Origin: Psammoneis japonica
Taxonomy: Eukaryota
Direction: 5' to 3'
NCBI GenBank assembly: GCA_008632985.1
Contig: QPGO01000038.1
Location: 459,939 to 523,938, forward strand
DNA: 64,000 nucleotides
Shown here one piece after another: positions 13,101-25,344 of the stretch. The notes below the pieces were generated by a model. The model worked only from the letters and a program-made list of their open reading frames with translations, did no database searches and was not told the origin of the DNA. The position numbers and the translations under genes are program-made. Positions within the stretch are counted from its first letter, which is position 1. Each line of letters begins with the position of its first letter.

Positions 13101-13701
13101 TAGGTGGACAGACAATATGGCGATTGCAGAGGCAAGCGCTCGGGAATATTACAAGTAAGTTGTCCCCGTTAGGTTTTGAAAGCATGCCATCAACAGTTTG
13201 TCATCTGATGCACAGCTTTCTGACATGGCCATGCCGAATAATTATCTTCTTAACAGGAACCCAGAGGGAATTGACATTCGAAATGGATTTGTCTACTTTA
13301 CATGCAAAGGAAATCAAAAGCTATTTATTTTAGATCTTGATTCTGGAGTATACGAGAGCAGTTCTACCGACTCTGGAGCTTTTGATAAAAAGCCTGATCA
13401 GGTGGCGCGACTCTCCAGTGGCGACGATTCAATCCTTTACTTTTGCGAAGAGAACAAATGGGGAGCCAATGGCGTCCATGGGCGCGATTCACTGGGCAAC
13501 TATTACACAGTTATCGACGGCTTGAATTACACCGGAGATTCGACTGGGTTGGCATTCTCTCCAGATAACCGCCACATGTATGTATCCTATCAAAAGCCTG
13601 GCTTCATATTTGATATTACCAGAACAGACGGATATCCATTCGATGGACAGAGACTCGACATCAAGTACCATAATCCTGATGCCGTCTACCACCCTGTGTA
13701 A
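10180..13701 (+). CDS. Multi-exon secreted/membrane protein: acidic repeat N-terminus, hydrophobic segment, lamin-tail-like domain, Cys-rich repeats, C-terminal PhoX-like (DUF839) alkaline phosphatase; alternative start 10639
   Basis: FINEMHYNN..D..EFIEV (LTD-like); C.GDC..D..C..GL.C repeats; YVSNAE, NCGGGKTFWNTWLSCEE and TGLAFSPD (PhoX-like). GT-AG introns at ~10732-10820, ~11440-11523, ~11617-11707, ~12492-12578 and ~13155-13257. Confidence 0.8.
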
Positions 13702-14087
13702 AGTTACGAAAGAAAACTTTTAAAAAGCATACCGAGTAATGTATATCCCCTCATCTATCATTTTCTTTCGACAATACGCACATAGGAGCAAAAAGGAAGG
13801 ACCAGATTTTGTTGATCGTTGATCGCGAGCTTTAGACCCGTTCCGTTACCCTTGCGAACCCTTGCGAAGTCTGCGAAATGACATTTTTCAAAAACATCTG
13901 AAGTGACGTCACTTTCTGAATGTTGACGTCTCTGAGACTGTCCCTGATTTCGCATTCGTAACCGCGAGAGCTGCGAGGTGCGAGGTGTTCGGAGGAGGAG
14001 GAGGAGTCTTCTCTCGTGCGGAGCGCTGAAGCACCACACCAGCAGTGTACAGAAAAAGCAAATCGATCATGCTGACACGAACTCGCC

Positions 14088-15490
14088 ATGTCTTCTTCTG
14101 ATCAAGATGTGCCAGATCTCAATGCATTGGTGGCAATGAGACCAAGGAAAAAGAAAAAGAGGATGGCTTTGTTGGCAGAACTCATTGCTGCATTGTGTCA
14201 GCACGCTGACGCCATTGAACGACGAGAATCATCACACGAGCGTTCTCATGCGAGATGCAACCTTCGGGACTTGCTCGATTCACACTGTGCCTCCTTGCTC
14301 ACCGGAGAATTTGCAACTGTTTTCAGAATGCCTCCACATGCCATGGAGTGCCTCCGAAATGTGTTGTGCCCGCATTTGAAGCCGAAGTTGTCGGATGCCA
14401 ACATGGCCGGCCGACAGGATTGCAACCAGAGGCCACTTGCGGTCAATGAAAAGGTGAAACTTGGCTGCATGGGGTCTGGAGGTTGTTCTTTGGGTGCTCT
14501 CATGTTTGCTTTTGGCTTGGGTCACACGTGTGTGGAGGGCACGTTGTTTGATTTTTTCAAAGCCATTGTTGAAGCCGATGTTGGTGCTGTTCATTTTCCC
14601 ACAACAGAGCCAGAGCTGGGATGCATGGCAAATCAATTTTTACAAAACAAGAACAACCTTCCGGAATTGCACATTGGTCATGCAGGAGCAGGAGATGGAC
14701 ATGCTGTGAGAATTCGCATGCGCCAGGCAGCGACGAATGCGAGAATCCAATGGCGTGCATCAATCGGAAGGGTTTTCCGGCCATCAGTGTTCAAGTGATT
14801 GCAGATGCAATCTTAAAGTGTCAAGTGTTGGGCATCCATGCTGCAAGAAATGCTCATGACAGGACAGCTTGGGAAATGTGCGACATGGCCACAAGATGGG
14901 AGAATGAAGTGCGAATCAAGCATCGAGGCACCGAGAGGCACCACCACGTCTTTTTGGATGAGGCTTGTGGCTGTGGTGCAAATTAGGTTGGTCCATGGCC
15001 AGGCACTGGGCTTGCAGAGCATGAGCCATGCAAGGATGCCTTCAACCATCATCTGAACAAAGGCCATCACAATTGCATTGAGCGCATGTGGGGCAATGTC
15101 TGCCAGAAGTTTGGGATTTTTTGGCGTCCTTTGCTTTTTCCATTGCACAGGTGTCCTGTGGTGATTCAATCTATTTTTTGCCTGCACAATTTTCTGAAAG
15201 ACCTTGGTGTTGATGATGATGAATTGTGCGTTCCTTCAGTCAACACTGGACCGGGTCAGCATTGACAGGGTGAGCCATTCCTTTCCGCAGACGAGCCCAT
15301 GGGGCACGACCAGAACCTGCATCCCATGGACCAATGCTGGCTTGAAGAAAGGGCCATCCCACAGGTGCATCATGGGCAGTGTCCAACTCGGGAACAGATT
15401 GCAGAGTCATTGAGAACTGCAAACATTGTTTGCCCAGCTCCCGGCGGCGGCAGAAATGTTTCGTTGATGGCATTGAACCCCAACTAGAGA
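14088..15490 (+). pseudogene. Harbinger DDE transposase (DDE_Tnp_4-like), frameshifted
   Basis: GAGDGHAVRI, NRKGFPAISVQVIAD, AHD, FLDEAC, AFNHHL and CIERMWG match the Harbinger motifs GAIDGTHI, NRKG..S.NVQ..CD, THD, GDxAY, FNY.L and IERAFG. Confidence 0.85.
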
Positions 15491-15759
15491 ACCGATCTGC
15501 TAAAGTCATGGAAATTAAAGTGGTGTCATTAGAAAGCTGTTGTTCTGTAGATGATGTTGTTGCTGTTGACAGTGTCACAATTCCAAGTCATTGCAAAGAT
15601 GCGCCTGCTTGAGCAAGACGCACTGTGATTTTGGCGCGCAAGTGCGGGATTGTTGCAATGTCCAAATGCCGATTCAGATCCACCAGAGAGGGTCACAGAA
15701 GCAAAAGTTGCACCACAAGAAAGCTGTGATTCTGTAAATGATGTTTGGTGCATTGCATT

Positions 15760-17575
15760 CTATTCACTGCTGTCTGAAGATGGACAATCACCATCCGTGG
15801 TGTCATTGTCCAAATTGGCACACGTTGCAAATGCACAAAGTTGCGACCCGCCAGTGCAATCAGGGTGCCCACAAGTCAGGGAAGTGGGGTCATCTTTGTC
15901 AAGGTGAGCTTTGCAACCAACACGGTGCAAGTGATGCCCACAATGTTCAAAGTTGGAGCACATGTTTGAAGACCAGGAACCCAAATCCGAGCAGTTGAAA
16001 TCGTGGTGTTCCACCTCGTCTCTCATGCCAACCGGCTCGTTCGGCTTGTTGCATTCTGTGCAGCCGCAGCACACCAGTTCATTGCATGAATTGCTCTTGC
16101 TGTCGGACTGGCCATCTTCTTCACGCTCTGCAGACTCATTCCCTCCATCGTGGCCATCAGAGTCATTCCCAGCAGAGACTTCCCTGTTCCTTCCTTGGTG
16201 TTGGTGGCTCTTGCGTTGAGAACAAACATTGAGTTGGCACAAATCATTGACATTGCAAACAGCTCAAAGAATGTGCAAGGCACTCACCTCATCATCGCTG
16301 CTGCTGGATGACACAGACAGAAGAAAAGAAGCATCATCGTGCTCAACATTGCCATCCAGCTCAACTTTTCGCACTTTTGCAACCTCTTTCTCAAGATCCA
16401 CGCACTCACTGTGGCTCTTTTGCACTGCTTGATCTTTCTCTCACGCTTTCTCAAGTCACCAACCTTTTCACATGCATCATGGCCCGAATCTCATCGCCTG
16501 GTCACTCCAACTTGTTCTGGGCACGGTCTCGATTCTGCTGCAAGAAAAACATGTTCTCTTTGTTGCTGTTGTCCATCATGTTGCTTTTCAACTCCTTGAC
16601 CACGTTCAAGATTCTTTCAGACACGCAAGATGGAGTTGGCGGCGTCAAGGCTGCGTTGAATGGTGCTGGGATCCGACGAGTCAATGCCACAGCCACCTGG
16701 GAGGAGACACACAAACTTGTTGAGAACAGACAAATCACCATTTTGGTCAATTGCCTTCCACCAACAGAGAATGGATTGGTCCAGTGGGACAGTCAGATCA
16801 AGAGCATTCTCAAAAGCTTCCGCACCCGAGCTGCTCTTCGTGCCGACCTTGTGCACTGCTGTCAACCTGCTGCGAAGCTGTCCAACCCTCAACTTCAAGA
16901 CATCTGGAGCACGGGAAGAAATGGTCTTGTCATTGGGATTGAAGGCCTTGAGAAGTGGGCCACCTGGAAACCGATGGGTCGGTTTGCACTCGTCAAAATT
17001 GTTGTGCAGAAAACAGCAATGAACTCTCGGTGCACAGCCATGAGGGGTGGGTCGCCTTCATCAAGCACAACACGTGGAGCCTTTTGGTGAAGGCACTGGA
17101 GGGGTTTCTGGAAGGTCGGGTCACTCAAAATCTCAATGATGCAAGAATCTTCTGCCTGGCTCCAGTTCTTGGAAGCGCTGAAGGGGCGCTTTTCGATGCA
17201 TGCTTCTTGCTGCCGGAAGATGCAGAACCACGTCATCAGATGCTTCTTCAAGTCACCAGAATTGCCTGTGGTGGAAACGTTTTTCGGTGTGGGATTGTCA
17301 TTGTGAACATGCTTGCACTTGTGGCAAAGAGATCTGAGACTGGCCACTTTCATTGACAAGACACTAGCATCTGCAAGTGTCTTTTCTTCCGCAGACAGTT
17401 CTTCGCCATCACAAACATGCAGGGAGAAGAACAGCTTTTGATCAAAGAGGTGAGGGGTTGGCACAAGCCCCATGTCCTCATCACAAGGTGTGCCATCATT
17501 GTTGCTGTCTTGTGTTGGTGGCACTTGGTTGGTGCCATTTGTGTCATCAGTGCCGTCGCTTGAAGACGACATGGT
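15760..17575 (-). pseudogene. Harbinger ORF2 (Myb/SANT-like DNA-binding protein) relic
   Basis: NWSQAEDSCIIEIL resembles the Myb-like WS.xED.xL motif; convergent with the transposase and inside the TIRs. Confidence 0.5.
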
Positions 17576-17993
17576 GCCATCAATTTTTTGTGTTGATTGT
17601 TGCAGAGAGTGCATCTCGTGATGCACCCGGTTTCAGCTTCAGGAGGTGCACAGTTGGGCTGAACATGCCAGAAACTCACACACAGGTTCTGCACAATTGT
17701 GAACTTGCCAGTCAATTTGAATTGACTGGCAAGTTTGCAACAATTGTGGGCAAGGGAAATGTGAGAAAAGTCATCAAATGTCCCTTGATGTTTTTGTCAA
17801 AATGTCCGGCCTCGTAGTTTGCAGGTTTCACAGGATTTGCAAGGGTGACAGCAGGGCCCTTGGCTGTCGCGAGCGGCGCCGTGAGAACAAAGTGAATCAA
17901 AACCGTTGAGAACACGCAATTTGATTGTAAACATGTTTTTTGTGCTGACAACCCTTTTCAAATTTACGATTCATGAAAGTGAATCGCAAATCA

Positions 17994-19986
17994 GAGCATC
18001 TTCGCCAGTGAGTCGTAAATGCAAACACAAACACAAACACAGGAACACAACCCAAAAGGACAAGCAAGCAGACTGCCCTGGATGAGTTTGCGATTCTGCA
18101 TGCGACCATCATTTTCAGTTGATCACAATCGCACTCACATTCGGCCGATGGTTGGGCAGACGTTGAGGTGACAAGCAACCTCATGCACGTGTGTCAACAA
18201 ACAACTCTGATGGCAGGACGGACTTGATGAACATTGCATGATGCCATGGCGGCTTTGAACGCAATGCACAACACAAACCACAGTCTGTTCAAAGATGTGT
18301 CAACGTTTGTCAACAGAGAACAATTCACACCACATGTCTGTGTGTTGCCATGTTGTGAAAGTCATTCTACATCATGAAAACAAGCAAAGTGTTGTCGCAT
18401 GGTTTGTGCCTTGTTCTCTTCTGACCCCACAAACCCCCCACATGTCCGTTCTCCTCCCATGTCTCGATGTGTCCGTGTGCAAGTTCATAAGACACGACAA
18501 AGTGTCAATTGTTGGGCCTCTGTGAGACGTGCTCCAGTTCCAGGTGACGCACAAAACGACAATCAATTTTGAACACAAATCATGTGTCCTTTAGTGCACG
18601 CAGCATTTTCACATAAAATGCTTGAGCGAATTTGCTTTTATGGGCCTAAAGAGCATGGACATTTAAACAGTTTTTTGTGGGGCATTCAAGTCCTCATGGG
18701 ATGTGTGTCACAAACCTCCTCAGTGGACTCAACGCTGTTTTGCACGTCAGTGCATTTAACACTGAGATTTCTTTGCAGGCAGAAAACCTGCCAAGCAGCA
18801 TGGTGAAAAGACACATTTAGGTGACATCCAAATGACGGCAGCAATTTCGCCGAAAATCATCTGCTGTGTTGTGATTCGTTCAACGCAATGAAAAACACAA
18901 ATGGCACAATGACAATGATTTTGCAACACTCACACGAGTCTTGTCAGTGTTGCAAAACATTCAAATTTGTGCAAATCTGTGCTTTTGGTGGTGAAAATTC
19001 GTTCGTAAGTCAGAGACCGTGCAAAAATTGCGCAAATGTTGTTTTTGTGCACAATTTGGGTCACGTGCGGCTGGAACACGTCGTGAGGTCCTCTCATCAA
19101 GAAAGCATCGATTGTCATTTCATCGTGGTGACACGCACTTTCTGCAGGATTTCTGCACCCTTTTTGCACCAGAAATTTACAATTTTTGTTTAAGATTTTG
19201 GAGGTGGATTGCATCCAAGGCCTGATTTGCGATTCACTTTCGTGAATCGTAAATTCGAAAAGGGTTGCAAGCGCAAAAACATGTTTACGATCTACCAAAA
19301 ATGACGATTTTTTTGTGAATCTCATTTGCATCTTCATCCACCTCCAAAATCGCAAACGAAAACCGCAAATTTCTGGCGCAAAAAGGGTGCAGAAATCCTG
19401 CAGAAAGTGCGCGTCACCATGACGAAACGACAACCGACGCTTTCTTGATGAGAGGACCTCACAGAGGCCCAACAATTGACACTTTGTCACATCTTATGAA
19501 CTTGCATGTGGTCGCATTGAGATGTGGGAGGAGAACGGACATTTGGGGGGGTTGTTGGGTCAGAAGAGAATGAGGCATGAATCGTGTGGTGACATTTCGC
19601 TTGTTTTTTCGCGATGTAGAATGACTTTCACAACACAGTGACACACAGACACATGATGTGAATTATTCTCTATTGATAGACATCGACATGTTATTGAGTA
19701 GACTGTGATTTGTGTCGTGTGTTGCGTTCAAAGCCGCCATGGCGTCATGTGATGTTCAACAAGTCCGTCCTACCATCAGTTAGTTATTGTTATTCGTGTA
19801 TGCAGTTGCTTGTTACCTCAACGTCTGCCCAACCATCGGCCGTATGTGAATACGATTGTGATTGACTGAAAATGATGGTCGCGTGCAGCGAATCGTAAAC
19901 TTATACGGGGCAGTCTGTTCGCTTGTCCTTTTAGGTTATGTTCCTATGTTTATGTTTATGTTTACGACTCACTGGCGAAGATGCTC
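17994..19986. mobile_element. Non-autonomous foldback element with ~650-bp inverted arms (left 17994-19209, interrupted by a MITE; right 19336-19986)
   Basis: Ends GAGCATCTTCGCCAGTGAGTCGTAAA / TTTACGACTCACTGGCGAAGATGCTC, and the arms align over their length. Flanks tca/tta and the GAGCATC terminus suggest a Harbinger/Tourist type. Spacer 19222-19291 is also an inverted copy of 17924-17994. Confidence 0.85.
18526..19082. mobile_element. Nested 557-bp MITE with 4-bp TSD GTGA
   Basis: Imperfect TIRs gacgtgctccag... / ...ctggaacacgtc. GTGA is duplicated at 18522-18525 and 19083-19086. The other foldback arm shows the empty site ctct-gtga-ggtcc. Confidence 0.75.
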
Positions 19987-20149
19987 TTACTGTACAGTGA
20001 TCATTCCCGAAACAGCGCGACGCATGACTCAGAAATTGATTCCGACAGCAACGAGAAACAGCTCATGAGAGTTTGATAGTTCGAACAACAACTATCATCA
20101 TGCCTTGCTCATAATTCCTAACAGCATCTTTCACTCAACGCAATATATA

Positions 20150-20866
20150 ATGAAGCTTGCAATCTTCTCCGCAACTCTTGGCGCAGCATGTGCCTTTGCC
20201 CCATCGGCATCTCACTCCTCCTATTCCACTCTTTCCCTGTCCACCGAAGTAACCAACGATGCTCCCGTTGAGACTGAAGATGAGGAGATCACCACACCAG
20301 CCGTTGCCCCAATCAACGGATGGGTCCCTGACGAGACCAAGCCTCTCTACGGTCTCCCAGGAGCCATTGCACCCCTTGGGTTTTTCGACCCTTTAGGCTT
20401 CAGCAAGGACGTGGAACTAACGGGAGCCAAGAGACTTCGTGAAGCCGAAATCATGCACGGCCGCGTCGCCATGATGGCCACCATTGGATACCTCATTGGT
20501 GAGAGCACGCCCACCATTACGTACGGAATGGACGTCCATCATACGATTGCAAACAACCAAATCCCTGAGGTTCCCGGAACTGTTCTCTTTCCGTTCTTCC
20601 TTGCCATCAACATTGCCGAAGCCATTCGCGCCAACATTGGTTGGGTGGAACCCGGTCTCGGACCGCTCTTTACCCTTCGAGAATCGTACTACCCAGGTGA
20701 TATCTATTTTGATCCTCTTGGCCTCAAGCCGACTGACCCCAAGGAATTTGAAAACATGCAAAACAAGGAGCTCAGCAACGGCCGTCTTGCCATGTTTGCT
20801 GCCGCCGGCATGTGCGTCCAAGAGCTTGTCAATGGCAAGGGTATCCTCGAGAACCTTGGATTCTAA
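20150..20866 (+). CDS. Lhcx: Lhcx-type fucoxanthin chlorophyll a/c light-harvesting (photoprotection) protein
   Basis: ACAFAP bipartite plastid leader; FFDPLG, REAEIMHGRVAM, IGWVEP, YYPGDIYFDPLGLKP, KELSNGRLAM and QELVNGKGILENL. Confidence 0.9.
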   Translation: MKLAIFSATLGAACAFAPSASHSSYSTLSLSTEVTNDAPVETEDEEITTPAVAPINGWVPDETKPLYGLPGAIAPLGFFDPLGFSKDVELTGAKRLREAEIMHGRVAMMATIGYLIGESTPTITYGMDVHHTIANNQIPEVPGTVLFPFFLAINIAEAIRANIGWVEPGLGPLFTLRESYYPGDIYFDPLGLKPTDPKEFENMQNKELSNGRLAMFAAAGMCVQELVNGKGILENLGF

Positions 20867-21469
20867 AACACAACGACCCTGTACTTTAAAATAATTTGAC
20901 TGCCTAATAGCCAATAAGTTTCCCACATACCGTGCCTACTGGTAGTATTGAGTATCTTAAACTTAGTAGGTTTTTCCCATTTTATGTATGTGGATAATTG
21001 GATCACAAAAGAAGCTACGTAGACCATCATATCGCACATCCACAAGCCGGGGTGCCGTGGGCAGGAGACGGGAAATTGTGTTTTCGCGTATGTGGGCCAT
21101 ATCGCATGTGCCGGAGAGTAGGTAGAGCAGCCTCTCCATCTCTACGATGTGTACATTAAATAAAATGTACTACATAGGGCCCTAGGTAGAATTGCTCTCC
21201 TGTTGCGCATGTGCGGTATGCTTGTCTTGTTTCATAAGCACGACGCAAAAAAGCCGGTTGAAATGATTCGCGCTCTCTTGTATTCGCCAACACACATGCA
21301 GGTGCTACATCGCCTTTCCAAATGTGAAATCAATGCTCTAGAATACTCTAAACAAAAAGAACAATGGTACTCCAACAACAACTAGCTCTGTCTGCTGGTA
21401 ACTTGAAGAATCTCTATAATTATTCGCAGTGTAGTATACCATATAGCATATTATTATGCTCGACTCCTT

Positions 21470-23017
21470 TCAACACACACAACACAAATCCCAAAAATAC
21501 TCAGCCTCCTCTTCCAAATCATTTCGAGGCGTCGGCAGTGGCGCCTTGTCGACAAATTGCATTTCCACAGAACGTTTTCGAGCCTCCAATTCTTGAAAGA
21601 GCCCATAGGCATAGTCGGATTGATAAAATACCGTGATTGAAATCTTGTAACCATTCTCGTCAATACCAAAATGGCGTTGTTCCGAAACCTTTTTGGAATC
21701 AAACGCCAATGGCACGCTCGACTCGAGACGCAGCTTTTTGCGGGCCCGGGAGGGTCTCTTTTGTTCCAACAGTGCCAGTTCGAGACACGCATCATCCACC
21801 AAGAGCGGCACTTCCCATTCAACCGGTTCCTTGCTGTACCATTGTTGCTTGGCCTCGTCCAGACACAATTGAACGCGATACTCATCATCCGCCAGTTTGA
21901 GTTTGAGAAACCATATAGAGGATAGGTTGAGTCCTTCCAAATGCGTCAGTCTCGCGAATAGCCGCGAGGGTTGAAAGCTACTGGGCCGTTCCACTCGATA
22001 GGGAGCATCCAACAGTGCCACTTCGGTACCATCTTGCAACTGAATCAAAGCGTGGTTCCCTCCCATCACAAGCCATTCCGGTGGAGGCGGTGTCAATCGC
22101 TTGGTAGAATTGGCAGAGGACGCTTTCGCTAAAAAGTCATCATCACACATTTTTCTCAACACCACCAATCCAATCTTCGAGCCAGCCAGCCATCGAAATA
22201 AAACACCGTATTGTATCGTCATGAATCCCACCTTGAAGCTAAAGACCGATCGCGTTTCCGTATAGCCGGACGCTCGTTCCGTCACGCGTGCTTGGAGTCT
22301 CTTGAGATCGGAAATCCCCCGCTTGGTGCTGCTCAGAGTCAGCATTTTCATTTTGGATTGGAGTTTCTGAAGACACGCGTGTCGTCCTCGAGCACACACG
22401 GCCAGTCCCGGTTCTTCTCCGAGGCCTTTATCTTTTTGCAACAAACAATCCTGATCTAAAAACGAAGTGGGATCGGGGTATTGACGATTCGATTCTGCTT
22501 TTTGGAGCAAGAGAGAATCGAGATTTTCAACTTTTCGTAAAGAGGAACGCGTGCTTTGTCGTCGTGGTAATCGTCGTTTCTTGCTGCTGTCCAGAGACGA
22601 ATCATTCGACGGTACCATGAGTATCGTAGAGCACGACGAAAGGCGCGACAAGTCTCGAGTGAGTGTGGTAGAGGACCCAATCGAGGCCGCATCTCCGTCG
22701 CATGATGAACTCAATTGCTGCTGTTCATACAAGAGCGCCTCAAGGAATTCATCGTGTAATTTTGCATAATCACGAGGTTTTTGAGGAGGTCTCGTTTGTT
22801 GTGGTTGTTGTGGAGTAGTAGTTGCAGTGTGGGATGCTTGTCGTGTAGTACTACTTTGATTGTCTGTGTTTTGTTGCGTACGGCACTGACCATCAAAAAG
22901 CGTCAACAATTCAATCGATTGCTCCACCACCGAACTCATCCATGTGCCGTTGTTTTGGTCTTGCAACGATTTGTACCATGGAATCATGGCACTTGTCGTT
23001 GTTGTTGTGCTTGCCAT
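21470..23017 (-). CDS. Hypothetical protein, 515 aa
   Basis: Long uninterrupted ATG-initiated ORF with normal amino-acid composition in a gene island; no family recognised. Confidence 0.75.
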   Translation of the reverse strand: MASTTTTTSAMIPWYKSLQDQNNGTWMSSVVEQSIELLTLFDGQCRTQQNTDNQSSTTRQASHTATTTPQQPQQTRPPQKPRDYAKLHDEFLEALLYEQQQLSSSCDGDAASIGSSTTLTRDLSRLSSCSTILMVPSNDSSLDSSKKRRLPRRQSTRSSLRKVENLDSLLLQKAESNRQYPDPTSFLDQDCLLQKDKGLGEEPGLAVCARGRHACLQKLQSKMKMLTLSSTKRGISDLKRLQARVTERASGYTETRSVFSFKVGFMTIQYGVLFRWLAGSKIGLVVLRKMCDDDFLAKASSANSTKRLTPPPPEWLVMGGNHALIQLQDGTEVALLDAPYRVERPSSFQPSRLFARLTHLEGLNLSSIWFLKLKLADDEYRVQLCLDEAKQQWYSKEPVEWEVPLLVDDACLELALLEQKRPSRARKKLRLESSVPLAFDSKKVSEQRHFGIDENGYKISITVFYQSDYAYGLFQELEARKRSVEMQFVDKAPLPTPRNDLEEEAEYFWDLCCVC

Positions 23018-25344
23018 GGCATCTAAAGAAGAAGTAGTAGTGGTTTTGCTTTACGGGTTTGAGACACACCGTGAAAAAGAGGCGCTTCTTGTTTTTGCAT
23101 GTTCCGTGCGCCGATCGAGGGCGTAACGAGATGAGTCCCTTGAAGCGAGAAAGCAATGCCCACGGTTTATAGTCGTTGCAATAGAAAATTCCAATTCAAA
23201 TGTTGAGTATGCTTATTCAAACAAAAAAGAACCGTTCCCGCCATTTTGAATTTTTGTCAGACTCAACGGACCGAGTCGTGTAAAAATCGACCTGACGTGT
23301 TGTGACACTCGTATTCGTTGTGTACAATCAACACGACTCTGAAATTTAACGGTTAACAAATTTTCATTAATAATATTAAAACACTGAATGCTATATTGCC
23401 TTCTTTCTTTGTTATCAATAGGCTACACACATGGATATAATAATTATGTGTTAAGCGAATTGAACGTTCCGATCGGCGACTTTTTTAGTCATCGTTGGAG
23501 TCACGTAAAATCTGATACCAGTTGTACTGTACGATGGAATCTTTTACATTGCATATCATTATCCAAGTCTTAATAAGTGATTCCTTTTTTCCCGCCATTT
23601 TTTGCATGACTCGGAGTCCGTTGTGTCCACTCACAAATTGACGACAAGAGCAAGACAGACAAGAGAACAAACCACCCCGAGTCGTCTCCGCACCTTAAAC
23701 CGAGGAATCTTCCGTCGGGAGCTGATTCAAGTGAAGAGAGAGACGGGAAAATATTTTTCCGGATTGTGATGAGCACGAGTGTCGGATTTGTTGGGTTGGT
23801 TGATTTCGGTTTGGTCGTCGATTCTCCGTCTAGGCCCTATCATAAAGATAATTGGTCGGGATGAAAAATCTCCGCCAAGAGAACGCTTGATCGACTCTCT
23901 CGATTTATGCTGACATTTTTCCGCAAGAGACGGCGTCGTTTGTTTGCATCATGATCCAACGAGCACACAGAAGAGACGGATTGCGAGACATGAGAGCGAG
24001 CGAGGAGTTGCAGTTTTGTCCCTGCCGGTCGGTTATTGATTCGATCACTCTCGACCTCGCCCGAGTGAATGCTGCCGCATTTGTGCATGTGCATGCTTGA
24101 ATTGGGTTTTGACGCATTTTTGCTCGAATATCGATATACTTTATCATTGGCATCGGGTTCCACGCATCAGCCTTGCGTCTCCTTGGACAAGAAATCCTAT
24201 GAATCAAGGCCACCATCAGATTCCGAAAAGAAGATAACGCCTTTTTCTCCATTGACGATTTTGTGGCCTTTGCGTGTTTTTGTTTGACAAAAGTCTCTGT
24301 AGAACAACCCCTGGCTTTGAGTACCGGACGCGGAGAATGAAGAATTACAATATGCCGTGACAAAGCGGGATCGAACCATAATTGATAGCGTCTCCAATGT
24401 TGTTTGCGCTCTCCGTGACGCAGTTTATTCGTAGGACAGCCGGAGCTTAGAGGTGTAGCGGCGTGTCGTCAGATTGCGTAAAGCGTGCGTGCTACGTGCC
24501 GTCTAATTATTTCCATTGTGTAGGCTTGTTTCTGCTCAGTGGCTCGCTGCGTACTGGTAAAACACTTTTAGCATTCAGCTTCTGTCGATGAACGAAAAGA
24601 TATTGGTGCTGGGCCTGCCAGTAGCGACTTCTATGGCAAATCATCTGTCGTTCTCATTTGCGTCCACATGACGTGACCTACATACATGCCCACCGGCGGT
24701 GCTAGCGCCGCCTTGCTTCTTCTCCAGTTCCCTCATTATTAGACTCTTTAGTTTACATTTCTCCCTAAATTTTTGCACCGTTTTGGGAGGTCGAATCCCT
24801 TGTTTTTGCAAAACTCTTGATCCCATTCACTCAACTCAGAAGTGCCGCAAAAATCCCGCACGGGTGATATCCATGCTCTTGATGTATTCGACGTTCCGCT
24901 TTCCCCAACACCATCCTACTCCTCTCAAGAATGGAACCTATACAGTGAAGGCCGAAGCTTGAGGGGAGGGATTGATTGGAGAGCTGGCAGCACATTAGGT
25001 GGCGCTGGCGTGTTGGAAACCACATGGTCTATACTGTAAGTAGACGACGATACAGTACTCTAAGTAAGCCTAAAACTGCAACACGCATGATGGATCACGA
25101 GAGCCTAGGTATTCAGAATACACCACGAGTTGTCTGAGTTTGATGGCGCGACATTAACTATGATAAGCTGATGCTGCGCTGTTCCTGCTGCTGCCGAAAC
25201 TACGGATTGCTTTCTAGGAGTACTCTCTGCAAACGAATAGCCCTTGAACGTAGCAAAGTCTCTTTGATTGACAGAGAGATCGCAGGCGCTCCTTGTACGA
25301 GTACACTAGTCAACATCGGAAAAGGGAACCCAAGCTTCGGTTGT

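Larger units (their letters stand above)
13835..17859. mobile_element. PIF/Harbinger DNA transposon relic
   Basis: Degenerate 17-bp TIRs (gacccgttccgttaccc / gggtgacagcagggccc) flanked by TTA and TTG. Contains a + strand transposase and a convergent Myb/SANT-like gene. Confidence 0.75.
14050..19660. other. TpA-depleted hypermutated domain 2
   Basis: TA is rare, with RTAY essentially absent, across the Harbinger and foldback elements. TA returns left of ~14050 and right of ~19660. Confidence 0.85.

Noticed and set aside
14050..19660. Classical RIP or CpG deamination as the sole explanation
   Set aside because: Both are C->T processes; they cannot turn TAY codons into TGY/CAY or remove TpA. 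CpG decay is present as a second process.
23388..24400. Short ORFs between the hypothetical gene and the kinase
   Set aside because: No recognisable motif or consistent exon structure.
24690..25015. Possible small MITE (gctagcgccgcct / aggtggcgctggc)
   Set aside because: Only a short imperfect inverted match, with no TSD or second copy.
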